DNA of 64,000 bases from Alphaproteobacteria bacterium (lineage in GTDB: Bacteria > Pseudomonadota > Alphaproteobacteria > UBA828): NCBI GenBank assembly GCA_965214705.1, contig CBDCCI010000001.1, positions 512,001 through 576,000 on the forward strand, in the 5' to 3' direction. Both the position numbers and the translations under genes were made by a program. Shown one piece after another: positions 52,421 through 62,450 of the stretch (within the stretch, counting starts at the first letter, position 1; each line of letters starts with the position of its first letter). A model generated the notes under the pieces. The model searched no databases. It saw nothing but the letters and a program-made list of their open reading frames with translations, and was not told the origin of the DNA.

Positions 52421-53290
52421 CTCGCGATGATTGTGCTTGCCGGCGAACTCCCGGACGTAGCGGTCAAGATGCTTCGGGCTGATCTTGTGGAAGGTGCCAG
52501 CGTGCGCCCGCTTCAGCATCGACCAGAAGCTCTCGATCCCGTTCGTGTGAGCCTGCCCGCGCACGTATTGGGAGACCGAGTGCCTGACCGCTTCGTGGTC
52601 CCTCTCGACGCCCTTGTAGGCCGCAGCATCGTCCGTGTAGACCTTCGCGTCCGCCTCGGTGTTTTCCTCGACAAAATCCTGCAACGTCTCGGCATCGGTC
52701 TCGGCGACAACCTCCGCGCGGACCTGATTCGTGTCCCGATCCTTCATGCCGACCACGGCAGTCTTTCCGACCGCGCCCCGGCCCGTTCCCGCCAGTTCCT
52801 TCCGCTTCGCGTTGCTCATGTTCTTCCGCTTGCCGCCCATGTAGGTCTCGTCCACTTCTACAGGGCCGTCGAACGGCTCTTCGTCGCCATCTTCGCCCCA
52901 CGCTTCGCGGATGCGATGCAGCATGAACCACGCCGCACGCTGCGAAACGCCGATGTCCCGATGCAGCTTCATGCTGGAAACGGACTTGAGGGACGTGATG
53001 CACAGGTAGATCGCGATGGCCCACTTGCGCAGCGGGATGTTCGACCGCGCCATCGGCGTGCCGGTGCGGACGGAGAAGTAGGAGCGGCAGCCCTTGCACC
53101 AGTAGGGCATCGGCTTCGCGTTCGGAGCTTCCTTCGTCTCGGTCGAGCCGCACTTCGGGCAGTAGCGGCCATCCTCCCAAACGACCGACTCAAACCACTT
53201 CGTAGCGGCTTCCTCGGTCGGGAACATGTCCATCAACTCGACGACGGTCAGTCCCTCGCGGTGGGCTTTTCCAGGTGCTTTGCGGCTCAT
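52313..53290 (-). CDS. IS1595-family transposase
   Basis: CPKCGS..YWCKGC Zn ribbon, AWFMLHRIR, EVDETYMGG, YTDD, HTNGIESFWS. Confidence 0.95.
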   Translation of the reverse strand: MSRKAPGKAHREGLTVVELMDMFPTEEAATKWFESVVWEDGRYCPKCGSTETKEAPNAKPMPYWCKGCRSYFSVRTGTPMARSNIPLRKWAIAIYLCITSLKSVSSMKLHRDIGVSQRAAWFMLHRIREAWGEDGDEEPFDGPVEVDETYMGGKRKNMSNAKRKELAGTGRGAVGKTAVVGMKDRDTNQVRAEVVAETDAETLQDFVEENTEADAKVYTDDAAAYKGVERDHEAVRHSVSQYVRGQAHTNGIESFWSMLKRAHAGTFHKISPKHLDRYVREFAGKHNHRESGTLVQMRDTVARLVGRNLLYRDLIARNGLSNAGR

Positions 53291-53393
53291 TTCTCGTCTC
53301 CCCTTACACCTTGGAATATAGGGAGTTAGCCCGCAGATGTCAAGTAATGATCATAAGCCCCTTTGCAAGAAATGGCTCACTAGACAAGAACTG

Positions 53394-53705
53394 CTACCAT
53401 CCAAGTAGAATAGCACAAAAAGCTGCTATTGTGGCCGTCTCTTGTGTATCCAATCTCGGATCTTCGGCTACCTCGTTTATACAATTCAGCATAGCGGGCG
53501 TCCGACGGAGTGCTTCGTCGAATGTCGAGGTATCCTTAAGTACAGCAGCGGTAAAGTCGGCAGCAGTGGCCAATCTGTCTTGTGACGAAGCACTGCGCCA
53601 TTCGCCGAGAGTGGAGTCATGCAGAGTTCCGCCTTCGTACCATTCGGCACTCATTGCCGGAGAGGTCGAGACTAGTACTAGAATTGCAAGCACTGCATAT
53701 CTCAT
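53394..53705 (-). CDS. Small secreted hypothetical protein
   Basis: GGAGG RBS, signal peptide, WYEGGTLH...W..AS..DRLATAADF. Confidence 0.65.
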   Translation of the reverse strand: MRYAVLAILVLVSTSPAMSAEWYEGGTLHDSTLGEWRSASSQDRLATAADFTAAVLKDTSTFDEALRRTPAMLNCINEVAEDPRLDTQETATIAAFCAILLGW

Positions 53706-53884
53706 TCGTTCCTCCCGTCGAATATCGATCATGTGGAAGCCATGCAAGATTTGTGGCACGCTAGATCAGACTTGCTAACGGCCACTGGTCGCACGTTCTC
53801 CAGCGGCGTTGAGATCGACGAAACCGGCCAGCCGCTTCCCTCTACGGATGTCGCCCCCGACCCGCAGGGGGCGTGGCCGTAAGC

Positions 53885-54049
53885 GGGTCTGCGTCTGGCA
53901 TGGCGGACGCATCGAGAATGTATGTGGTTGATTCTCCGCGATTTTGCATTCGCACCGGATGGCCGCAAACGGGCCCTCGTGACAATCGGTGCTTCTGAGC
54001 CTGACTTCGGTCACGACAACGGGCTGGAGTGGGAGCGGTAGAAACGCTC
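53885..54049 (+). repeat. 165-bp direct repeat, copy 2
   Basis: Matches 49944-50108. Confidence 0.95.
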
Positions 54050-54154
54050 CACACCGCAGGAGATCAATGGATGAAGCCAAATCAATCACCGCCATATCAG
54101 AACCACGCCCCCGTAAGCTGCCCCGGCGCTGCATGGGTATCCGCCGCCGTTGCG

Positions 54155-55027
54155 TCACAGCATTCCGGGAAACCTGTGTCGTGGCAGAGCCGACCCGATA
54201 ACTGCGATCTCGCTGCAGTGGACCGGATAGAGTTCCGGGACAAAATCGATTCGCGGTTTCTTGCCAGCCGGTCCGTAGCCGATGTCAGCGGGCTTGATAT
54301 CCTCGATTGCGACAAGCTCAACGACAACGCCCAAGCGTTCTTCGACATCCTGTGCGAGCTTGGCAAACTCCGGTTCCCAGATCCCTGCTTTGTTGCGCGT
54401 GGTACCTGTAACCTGCCAGCCCAGCCACCATGCTCTGGGCGCCAGAATTTGCACAATCGGTACTTTTTCACAGACTTCCGCATCAAAGCAGGATCTTGCT
54501 TCCGAAGCGATATCCTTCCGGTTGGCATCGACAATCGAGGCGTACCGCAAGCTCTGCATCAATGCGGCGGGAGGACTGTCCCCTCGCCCGGACACTGGCT
54601 TGATTTTCAATTCGATGACGGTGAGCCGCCCGCAGTCCGTGACTCCAAGCAAATCAACTTCACCGATTCCCTTGTCACAGCCACTAGCTGCCAAGGGAAC
54701 CTGATAGTCGAGCAGACGCAACCATCCCGTTTCTGGGCGCGGCCAAAAGCAGGCCATACGCCATAACGCAATAGCCAAGTGCTCTTCCTTGAGAGAGTGG
54801 TCTTCCTTGATGCGATTGCTGCTGCCTTTTTCCGACAAGAAGCCCTTGTGATCCGACATGAAGTACTTCTTGCCTTTGGTCCAGCGCTTTGGTGCAGAAC
54901 ACCTTAGCTGTTCGTACTCCAAACAAAGTGCGTCGCGATTAATCCTCGACATAGTTTCCGAAAGTCCTGTTGTTTGCCAATTTCGTCCAAAGAGAATTGG
55001 GAAACTTCCCGTTGAAATGTCAGACAT
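54155..55027 (-). CDS. Putative PD-(D/E)XK restriction-endonuclease-fold protein
   Basis: EEHL...YQVPL...GEVDLLG....LTVIELK...ALMQSLRY; GGAGG RBS; visibly lower GC. Confidence 0.7.
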   Translation of the reverse strand: MSDISTGSFPILFGRNWQTTGLSETMSRINRDALCLEYEQLRCSAPKRWTKGKKYFMSDHKGFLSEKGSSNRIKEDHSLKEEHLAIALWRMACFWPRPETGWLRLLDYQVPLAASGCDKGIGEVDLLGVTDCGRLTVIELKIKPVSGRGDSPPAALMQSLRYASIVDANRKDIASEARSCFDAEVCEKVPIVQILAPRAWWLGWQVTGTTRNKAGIWEPEFAKLAQDVEERLGVVVELVAIEDIKPADIGYGPAGKKPRIDFVPELYPVHCSEIAVIGSALPRHRFPGML

Positions 55028-55059
55028 TTGATGTCCTCCGTATCCACTAACTGTGACTT

Positions 55060-55450
55060 ATGTTGTGATCCACCACGAGAGCCTCTTGCAGACGAGGCCA
55101 TCATTGCCATTGGCGTGCGAGAGCACCCGTAGAGGAGCTTGGCCCGAACCGTGATCGGCTTCTGTCACTGATGGCGCGGGTTCGCCCGCGACCTCGTTCA
55201 AGAGGTTGAGACTTCGCCGCGATTCCTCCCCACCCGCAACGGCAACGGAGTTTGGGAGGTCTCTCGATGGCGCGCAAGCGGGAGAAGGCGGCAGCGCCTC
55301 AAAGTGGTGCACCCGGATTGCGCGGGGATCGACATTGGCAAGGACCATCACTTCGTGGCGGTCGATCCGGAGCGGACTTCGGAACCGATCCGGGAGTTCG
55401 GCGCGTTCACGCGCGATCTGGATACGATGGCCGAGTGGCTCAAGTCGTGC
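55060..55450 (+). pseudogene. IS110 remnant: 5' non-coding end plus truncated recombinase N-terminus
   Basis: VVHPDCAGIDIGKDHHFVAV...IREFGAFTRDLDTMAEWLKSC, then similarity is lost. Left boundary approximate. Confidence 0.8.
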
Positions 55451-55524
55451 AGTCAATCTCGACGCGGTCCGCAGCGACCCCGCCAACGACAACGAGGCCG
55501 AGCACGGGGTGATGCTGAGAAGCC

Positions 55525-56712
55525 TCATCCGCTGGTGAGGGGCGCGCCGGGTCCGCCGCCGTTTCCGGCCTCGCCGCCATCCAATGCCCTCGCGATGGCC
55601 GCGCCGATGCGTTCCGCCGCCGCCTCGGTCTCCCGGTCGCCGACATGGGCGTAGCGCAGTGTCATGCCCGGATTCTTGTGACCAAGCAGGTGGGAGACGA
55701 CGGGCAACGGGACGCCTTGCAGCACGGCGTGGCTGGCGAACGTGTGCCTGAGGTCATGAAGGCGCACGTCCTCGATCCCGGTCTCCCTGCGCACCGAGTA
55801 CCAGAGCGGCAAGCCGGAGCACAGCGGCCGGTCCGGGTCGAGCGGCGAGGGGAAGACGTAGGGGCCGTTCGACCGCGGCTGCCGCTCCAGGATGGCGCGT
55901 GCCGGCGCATTCAGCGGCACCTGTCTCGGTCCGGTCTTGGCGTCGGCGAGATTGAGCGTGTCTGCGTCCACGTCCTGCCAGCGCATGGTCACGATCTCGC
56001 TCTTGCGGCAGCCTGTCAGCAGCAGCAGGCGGATGATGTCGGCCTGTTGCGCGCGCGCCGGCCGCGCGCCGGCGTAGCGGTCCAGCACGCCGTGAAGGCG
56101 ATGGATTTCATCGCGCGAGAGGAAGCGGGTGAGCCTGGGGCGGGGGTTGCGCTTGATGCCGCGCGCCGGGTTCGTCTGGAGATGGCCGCAGACGACCGCG
56201 TGGTTCAGCAACGTGCCGAGCAGGCTCAATGCGTGATTGGCGCCTCCCGGCGCGGTCCGGCTGTACTCGTCGAACCAGCGAGTCACGCCGGCGCGGTCGA
56301 TCCGGTCGAGCGGCAGCGATCCGAAGGCCGGAAGCAGACGTGCGTTGATGATCCGCTTCGCCTCCTTTCGCGTCGACGGCTTGCCCCGGTCGAAGAAGGC
56401 TCGCTCCGGCCCGGCGACGAACTCCGCGAAGGTCGGGACCGCCCCCCGTTCCGGCCCGCCGGCGGGCGGCACGGTTTCGAGTTCGAGGCATTTGGCGCGC
56501 GCCTCCCCGACGCTCATCAACGCCGCAGACCCGAGGGTAATCCTGCGCGCGCCGTCTTCGCCCTTCCGCCAGTAGACGAAGCTGCGGTGGCCCGACGCAC
56601 GGATGCGCACACCGAGACCCGCTAGGCGCGTGTCCCAGACCGTGTACTCGCGGGGCGCCGGCGCCAGCTTCGCAATGTTGGCGTCGGTCAGACGCCGCCT
56701 CTTCACGGCCAT
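55525..56712 (-). CDS. Tyrosine integrase, second of tandem pair B
   Basis: VWDTRLAGLGVRI, LTGCRKSE, AKTGPR, HDLRHTFAS, LLGH, TLRYAH. Confidence 0.93.
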   Translation of the reverse strand: MAVKRRRLTDANIAKLAPAPREYTVWDTRLAGLGVRIRASGHRSFVYWRKGEDGARRITLGSAALMSVGEARAKCLELETVPPAGGPERGAVPTFAEFVAGPERAFFDRGKPSTRKEAKRIINARLLPAFGSLPLDRIDRAGVTRWFDEYSRTAPGGANHALSLLGTLLNHAVVCGHLQTNPARGIKRNPRPRLTRFLSRDEIHRLHGVLDRYAGARPARAQQADIIRLLLLTGCRKSEIVTMRWQDVDADTLNLADAKTGPRQVPLNAPARAILERQPRSNGPYVFPSPLDPDRPLCSGLPLWYSVRRETGIEDVRLHDLRHTFASHAVLQGVPLPVVSHLLGHKNPGMTLRYAHVGDRETEAAAERIGAAIARALDGGEAGNGGGPGAPLTSG

Positions 56713-56715
56713 GGG

Positions 56716-57843
56716 TCAACCCTCCGCCAGGACGGCGCCGACGGCATCGGCCGCCTCGCGCACCATGGCGTCGGACAGATGGATGTATTTCAGCGTCGTC
56801 GCCGGATTGCGGTGCCCGAGCAGGCGGCCGATGGTGAGCACCGTCTCGCCCTGCGCGAGCGCGATGCTGGCGTAGCTGTGTCGCAAATCGTGAAGGCGGA
56901 CGTCGCACATGCCGGCTTCCGCCCTCACGTGATGCCAGGCTCTGTCGACCGTCGCCGCGTTGAGACAGCCGTGCGTCAGCGGCGAGGGAAAGATCCAGGC
57001 CGTCTCGCGGGGCAGGCCGTCGAGGATCGCGCGCGCGGCGGACGAGAGCCAGACCGTGCGGGGTCCGGTCTTGGAGTCGCGCAGGAACAGCTTGCCCTCG
57101 CGGTAGTCGCGCCATTTGAGGGTGACGATCTCGCCCTTGCGGCAGCCGGTGAGCAGGAGGAGCCGTATGATCGCGACGGTCTGAGGGTGATCCGCCTCGT
57201 GGCGTGCCAGCACCGCGCCCAGCCGGCGGAACTCGGCCGCCGACAGGAAGCGCTCCCGTCCCTGGCGGCGGTAGCGCTTGATGCCGGCGCACGGGTTGGT
57301 GCCTTCCGGCCTGTAGCCGTAGACCTCGGCCTGGCGCATGATGACCGAGAGCACGGGGGCGGAGCGGTCGGCGGCCACCGGGGTCTCGTGGAGGGAGGCG
57401 AACCAGAGCTGGACGTCGTGGGCGGCGATCTCCGAGATCGGGCGTCCTGCGAACCAGGGCAGGACATGGTTCCGGTAGTAGCCCCGGTTGACCTTGAGCG
57501 TGGAGGGTTTCCAGTTCGGGGCATGGCGCCGGAACACTTCGTCTGCGACGATCTCGAACGGAGTGTCCGGCGGCGCTGCGGCCGAATCGTCGTCTCCCTT
57601 GCGGATCGCGGCCAGCAGGGTCCTGGCCCGGCCGCGGGCTTCGTCCGTGCCGATGTCTCCTGCCTGGCCGACGATCTTCCAGACCCGCCGCCCTTCGTGC
57701 TGACTGTGGATGAAATAGCGCCTGGCGCCCGAGGGCAGGACCCTGACACCGAAGCCCTTTAGTTCGCGGTCGCGAACGTCGTAGGCGGACTTGCGGGGCT
57801 TGAGCGCGTCGACGCGGCGTTGGTTGAGGCGAAGCGTCGCCAT
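56716..57843 (-). CDS. Tyrosine integrase, first of tandem pair B
   Basis: DRELKGFGVRV, LTGCRKGE, SKTGPR, HDLRHSYAS, LLGH, TLKYIH; AGGAGG RBS. Confidence 0.93.
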   Translation of the reverse strand: MATLRLNQRRVDALKPRKSAYDVRDRELKGFGVRVLPSGARRYFIHSQHEGRRVWKIVGQAGDIGTDEARGRARTLLAAIRKGDDDSAAAPPDTPFEIVADEVFRRHAPNWKPSTLKVNRGYYRNHVLPWFAGRPISEIAAHDVQLWFASLHETPVAADRSAPVLSVIMRQAEVYGYRPEGTNPCAGIKRYRRQGRERFLSAAEFRRLGAVLARHEADHPQTVAIIRLLLLTGCRKGEIVTLKWRDYREGKLFLRDSKTGPRTVWLSSAARAILDGLPRETAWIFPSPLTHGCLNAATVDRAWHHVRAEAGMCDVRLHDLRHSYASIALAQGETVLTIGRLLGHRNPATTLKYIHLSDAMVREAADAVGAVLAEG

Positions 57844-57963
57844 CGATATTCCTCCTGCGTTGCGTTGCAGCCGGGGCGAAATCGGGGGCCGATTCCGTGT
57901 CCCCCGGCCGAATCAGGAGGAAGAAAGCAACGCTGTGTCAGCATGTTAGCACCGTAGGTGCGC

Positions 57964-58421
57964 CGCCAGGTGTCGCCGGTCTCGACGCGGTAGGCATCGG
58001 CGGCGAGGTCGCGGAGCTTCTCGAAGGCGTCACGCCTGTCGCCGAGGCTCTGCGCGCGGTCGGTCATGGTCTGCAGCTCCCACGCCTTGACCTCGGAGCC
58101 GTCCTGCGCCTTCTCGAGGTCTTTCATCTCAGGCGCGATGCGGTCGACGGCGCGGTCGAGGCGGGTAACCTGCGAGTGCAGCATGTTGGTCAGGCCCCAC
58201 ATCAGTGCCTCGCGCTCGTCGGCCATCTGTGTGCCGTCTACGGTGATGCCGTCGACGATGACGCGGATGGCTTCGTTCAGCGCATCGATGGCATCGTCCT
58301 CGTCCCAGACGACCCTGCTGTCGAGCTCGCCGCGCTCGGGCGCTGCGCCGTAGAGGGCCATGCCCTCGCAGACCGTGGCAGTGGAAGAAGCCGATGCGGT
58401 AGTGCTGGTAGTGTCTATCAT
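57964..58421 (-). pseudogene. 5' half of the DUF2493 (SLOG) gene
   Basis: MALYG...ALMWGLTNMLH...GSEVKAWEL...RRDAFE.LRD.AA..Y..ETGDTWR. Confidence 0.85.
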
Positions 58422-59868
58422 GACGATCTCCCTTGTCATCCTCCGGGGCCCTGTGCCCCGTCGTGATGTCCTTTGTGATTCACGCGCGCGCAGAGGCAGC
58501 ACCTGGCCCTAGGAAGTCTTAGGCGGGATTAGGTGCGGAAGTTCGGCGAGTTGGTGCGGAAGATGGCGCCGCCGTGCCGGTGGGAACGGTGCTCCGCAGC
58601 AAATCCATTCCAGTGGTCATTACGGCGCCGTGCCGGGCGGGCCCGCTTGGGCCTGGCCGGCGTCTAGGCGCCGCCACGAATGGTTCCGCGAATGGATTTG
58701 ATGCGGTGCAGCGTGACGCGGCGGCCCCGCGTCAGGGGCCGGCGCGCTGCAAGACGAGGCGGTTGGCGATTACACGCAAGCCATCTTCACGGTCGCCGAA
58801 CTTCACGGCCCGCCTTAGACTTCCTTGGGTCAGGGCGGAGGGAGCGCAGCGACCGAAGCACCCGGAGGGTGGAACACCCGCAGGGTTGCTGTCGCGAGCA
58901 CGTGTGAAATCCTCGGACATCACGACGGAGTGCGCTGTGAATACCAAGTAGGAGGAAAGCATGAAGTAAACCAAACACTTGGTAGTGCTGATGATCGACC
59001 GGTGGCTGAAACGCCACCCTGCCTGACGAGGGGTGTTGGGCGGAAGGGGATCGCTAAGCTCCGCCGGTTTCCGACGGTGGGGCGAAAGAGCTGCGATCTG
59101 AACTGTACCGGGTGCGGGCCGTCGCTCGCGGGCCGGGCTACCACAGGACCTATGGCGAGGTTGAACGAAGCACGTGACGGAAGCCTCTTTATTTAGATGT
59201 CCAACCCTCAATGGCCCGACGGGGCGGAGGGAGCGCGGTGAGAGCCGGTTGGTCTTCCGTCTGCCGACTGGCGGGTGTGTTGAACGCACCCGGGTACGGG
59301 TCAACCCTTCTATCCCGAACCCCAGAGCTGCAAGGGGTATAGCGTGCCGCCTAAGGGTCTCAGGTTTGTCATCGGAACACAGGAACCCATGCTGTTCGCC
59401 CGGCACGGAACCGGGCTAGCCGCGGAGAACGGAGACGGGCCGCATGGGGGCGGAGCCCTCGTAGTAGTCGGAGTGCGGGAAAGCCGCATACATGGCGAAG
59501 GGGGGCAGAAGGTGGATCGGCTATCGACTGACGGAGGAACTATCCGTGGACTCGGATAATCAGGCCGACATGGCCTGGCTCCTCAACGTGCAGCGGAAGT
59601 TGTATCGGTGGAGTAAGGAGACGCCTGAAGGCGCTTACGGCGATGTGTGGAACTGGGTAACCGATCCGCGCAATCTTCGCTGTGCATGGCACTCGATTGC
59701 CCAGAACAAGGGCAGACGAACGCCGGGCGTCGACGGGCTGACGGTGGCGAGCATTGCCGCTGGCGATGGAGGTGTACCGTAAGCGGTATCGGGCCCCCAT
59801 ACTTCCAGCGGATCTGATTTCGGGGCTGACTCTCCGCCTTGACCACGAGCCACACAGGAGAGATCGCG

Positions 59869-60294
59869 ATGACAGATTCGATTTTGGCATCTGGCGACGG
59901 TGTCGCTGTTGCTTCGGTTGAGATCCCAGCTTCTGAGGGAGCCGCCCCGGCTCCGTCTGAGCCGGCCCCCATGCGACGCTGGCCGGACGATGAGAAGGCG
60001 CGGATTGTCTCGGAGAGCTTTGAGCCGGGCTCTTCGGTTGCGGCGGTCGCGCGCCGCCATGGCGTCAGCGATACGACCCTGACCAAGTGGCGGCGGCGCG
60101 CGCGGGAGGGAACTCTTCCGGGCGCTCGGATTGGTGGCTCTGCACCGCCATTTGTTCCCGTGGTGGTTGATAGCGTGACGTCCGAGCGGACGGTGGCGAT
60201 CGAGGCGCTAGGCGTGGTCGTTCGCCTTCCGGTGGAGAGCGCGGTCGATCGGATTGTTGCGGTGGCCTCGGGCCTGGGCCGGGCGTCGTCATGA
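59869..60294 (+). CDS. tnpA: IS66 TnpA
   Basis: Same protein as 10332-10757. Confidence 0.9.
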   Translation: MTDSILASGDGVAVASVEIPASEGAAPAPSEPAPMRRWPDDEKARIVSESFEPGSSVAAVARRHGVSDTTLTKWRRRAREGTLPGARIGGSAPPFVPVVVDSVTSERTVAIEALGVVVRLPVESAVDRIVAVASGLGRASS

Positions 60295-60641
60295 TCGCGG
60301 CCCCCTCGCTTCGCATCGTGTTGGCGACGCGGCCGGTTGATTTTCGTCGCGGCCACGACGCGCTTGCGGCGACGGCGGCGGGGGAGCTGGACCTCGATAT
60401 CTATTCCGGGGTGATCGTGATCTTCCGCTCGCGCCGCGGCGACAGGCTCAAGCTCCTTGCGTGGGACGGCAGCGGTCTGGTGATGACCTACAAGCGTCTG
60501 GAGCAGGGCCGCTTCGCCTGGCCTCGGATCGAGGATGGTGTGATGCGCCTTACGAAGGGCCAGTTCGAGGCCCTCTTCGAGGGTCTGGACTGGCGCCGGG
60601 TGAAGGCCCGCCCGGTTCGCCGCCCGCTGGCGGCGGAGTGA
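60291..60641 (+). CDS. tnpB: IS66 TnpB
   Basis: Same protein as 9985-10335. Confidence 0.95.
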   Translation: MIAAPSLRIVLATRPVDFRRGHDALAATAAGELDLDIYSGVIVIFRSRRGDRLKLLAWDGSGLVMTYKRLEQGRFAWPRIEDGVMRLTKGQFEALFEGLDWRRVKARPVRRPLAAE

Positions 60642-60734
60642 GGCGGCACGCAGGCGGGGCCGCAGATTTCGGTCGCGGTCCCGCCTGCACTTTTCCCTGG
60701 TCATGCATTGGCGAATCGGATTAAGGGGTGGCCC

Positions 60735-62450
60735 ATGCCGAAGGTCACGCCCTCACCCCTCAGCAGCGCCGGTTCGCCGTCGCCTGCGGTGGTTTCGGCG
60801 GCGCTGGCGGCCCTGCATGCGGAGCTTGACGACGAGCGCGCGGCGCGCCGGGCGACGGAAGCAGCCCTATGCGAAGCGGAGCAGGCACGCGGCGCGGCGG
60901 AGGCGGCGAGGCAGACGGCGGAAGCGCGGGCGGCACGGCTGGAGGCCGAGAACGCGCAGAGCGCGGAGCAGATCAGCCGGCTTGAGCATCTCAACAAGGA
61001 GCTCAGGAAGGCGCTGTTCGGTCCGCGCTCCGAGAAGCTCGGCGAGGACGAGCGCCAGCTTACGTTCGAGGAGTTTTGGGCGGCGATCGCTGAAGCCGGC
61101 GGTCGGCCCGAGGCAGATGACCAGGAGCAGGACGAGGGGGCTGGCGGCAAGCGCCGGCGGCGCTCTTCCCGGGGGTCGCGCAGCGGGGTGCGCTTCGGGC
61201 CCCAGGTCGACCGGCGCGAGGAGGTGATCGAGCCGGACACGATCATGTGCCCCTGCGGCTGCGGCGAGATGACGAAGATCGGCGAGGACCGCAGCGAGCG
61301 GCTGGACTATGAGCCGGCGAAGTTCACCGTCATCGAGACCGTGCGCCCCCGCTACGCCTGCAACAAGTGCAAGGGGGGCGGGGTGGTGCAGTCGCCGGCG
61401 CCGGCCGCTCTGGTCGAGGGCGGCCTTCCCACCGAGGCTCTTCTGGCGCAGGTGCTGATCGCGAAGTACGGCGATCATTGCCCGCTCTATCGCCAGTCGC
61501 AGATCTACGAGCGCTCGGGGATCGAGGTTCACCGTGCGACGCTGGCGACGTGGGTGGGCCAGGCGTCGTTTCACCTGCGCCCCGTGGTCGCTTGCCTGGA
61601 GGATGAGCTGAAGAAGTCGGATCACCTGGGTCTGGACGAGACCACGATCCGCGTTCTCGACCCGGGCCGGGGCAAGACGAAGACGGGCTACATGTGGACC
61701 CTTGTGCGTGACGAGCGCCACTGGAGCGGCACGGACCCGCCGGGCGTCGTCTATCGCTATGCGCCCGGCCGCGGCGGCAAGTATGGCGCCGAGCTTATGG
61801 AGGGCTTTTCGGGGACGGTGCAGCTCGACGGCTACTCGGGCCACAACATCCTGGCGCGGCCGGACCGGGCGGAAGGCCCTGTGACGCGGGCCCTCTGTTG
61901 GGCGCATGTAAGACGGAAGCTGAAAGAGGTATACGACTCGAGCGCATCGCCGATCGCGCTGGCCGGTCTGAATCGGATCGCGAAGCTCTATGCGATCGAG
62001 AAGAAGATCCGGGGCAAGCCGCCGGCGGAGCGCCGCGCGATCCGTTGGGAGGAGTCGGCGCCGATCGTGAACACCTTCGGTGTCTGGCTCGACGAGCAGC
62101 GCTCGCGCGTCTCACCGCGCTCGCGTCTCGGCGAGAAGCTGACCTATATCGCCAACCAGTGGGACGGGCTGCTGGAGTTCCTGCACGACGGTCGTGTCGA
62201 GATCGACTCGAACCTGGTGGAAAACCGAATCCGGCCGCTGAAGCTCACCGCCAAGAACGCGCTCTTCGCCGGCAACGACGAGGGTGCGCAAGCCTGGGCC
62301 CGCATCGCCTCGCTGATCGAGACCTGCAAGATGAACGGCGTCGAGCCCTACGCCTGGATGCGGAGCACGCTCGAGAAGATCGCCAAGGGCCACCCGCAGT
62401 CGGGCATCCAGGAGCTTCTGCCGTGGAACTTCCAGCCCGAGGCAAAATGA
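60735..62450 (+). CDS. tnpC: IS66 TnpC transposase
   Basis: Same protein as 8176-9891. Confidence 0.95.
   Translation: MPKVTPSPLSSAGSPSPAVVSAALAALHAELDDERAARRATEAALCEAEQARGAAEAARQTAEARAARLEAENAQSAEQISRLEHLNKELRKALFGPRSEKLGEDERQLTFEEFWAAIAEAGGRPEADDQEQDEGAGGKRRRRSSRGSRSGVRFGPQVDRREEVIEPDTIMCPCGCGEMTKIGEDRSERLDYEPAKFTVIETVRPRYACNKCKGGGVVQSPAPAALVEGGLPTEALLAQVLIAKYGDHCPLYRQSQIYERSGIEVHRATLATWVGQASFHLRPVVACLEDELKKSDHLGLDETTIRVLDPGRGKTKTGYMWTLVRDERHWSGTDPPGVVYRYAPGRGGKYGAELMEGFSGTVQLDGYSGHNILARPDRAEGPVTRALCWAHVRRKLKEVYDSSASPIALAGLNRIAKLYAIEKKIRGKPPAERRAIRWEESAPIVNTFGVWLDEQRSRVSPRSRLGEKLTYIANQWDGLLEFLHDGRVEIDSNLVENRIRPLKLTAKNALFAGNDEGAQAWARIASLIETCKMNGVEPYAWMRSTLEKIAKGHPQSGIQELLPWNFQPEAK

Larger units (their letters stand above)
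50109..53361 (-). mobile_element. IS1595-family element carrying passenger genes
   Basis: 23-bp TIR GGGGCTTATGATC(C/A)TTACTT(A/G)AC, 21/23 match; no direct TSD. Confidence 0.88.
42437..57973. mobile_element. 15.5-kb integrative mobilisable element with twin integrases and MobF relaxase; att core CGCCAGGTGT
   Basis: 10-bp direct repeats at 42437-42446 and 57964-57973. Excision restores ETGDTWRPRHGS in frame. Confidence 0.88.

Noticed and set aside
57958-57975. GTGCGCC as a group II intron 5' end
   Set aside because: It is part of the att site; EBS/IBS pairing places the intron start at 58930.
59161-59171. TTGAACGAAGC matching the IS91-like element end
   Set aside because: It lies within intron domain I and the match stops after 11 bp; most likely coincidence.
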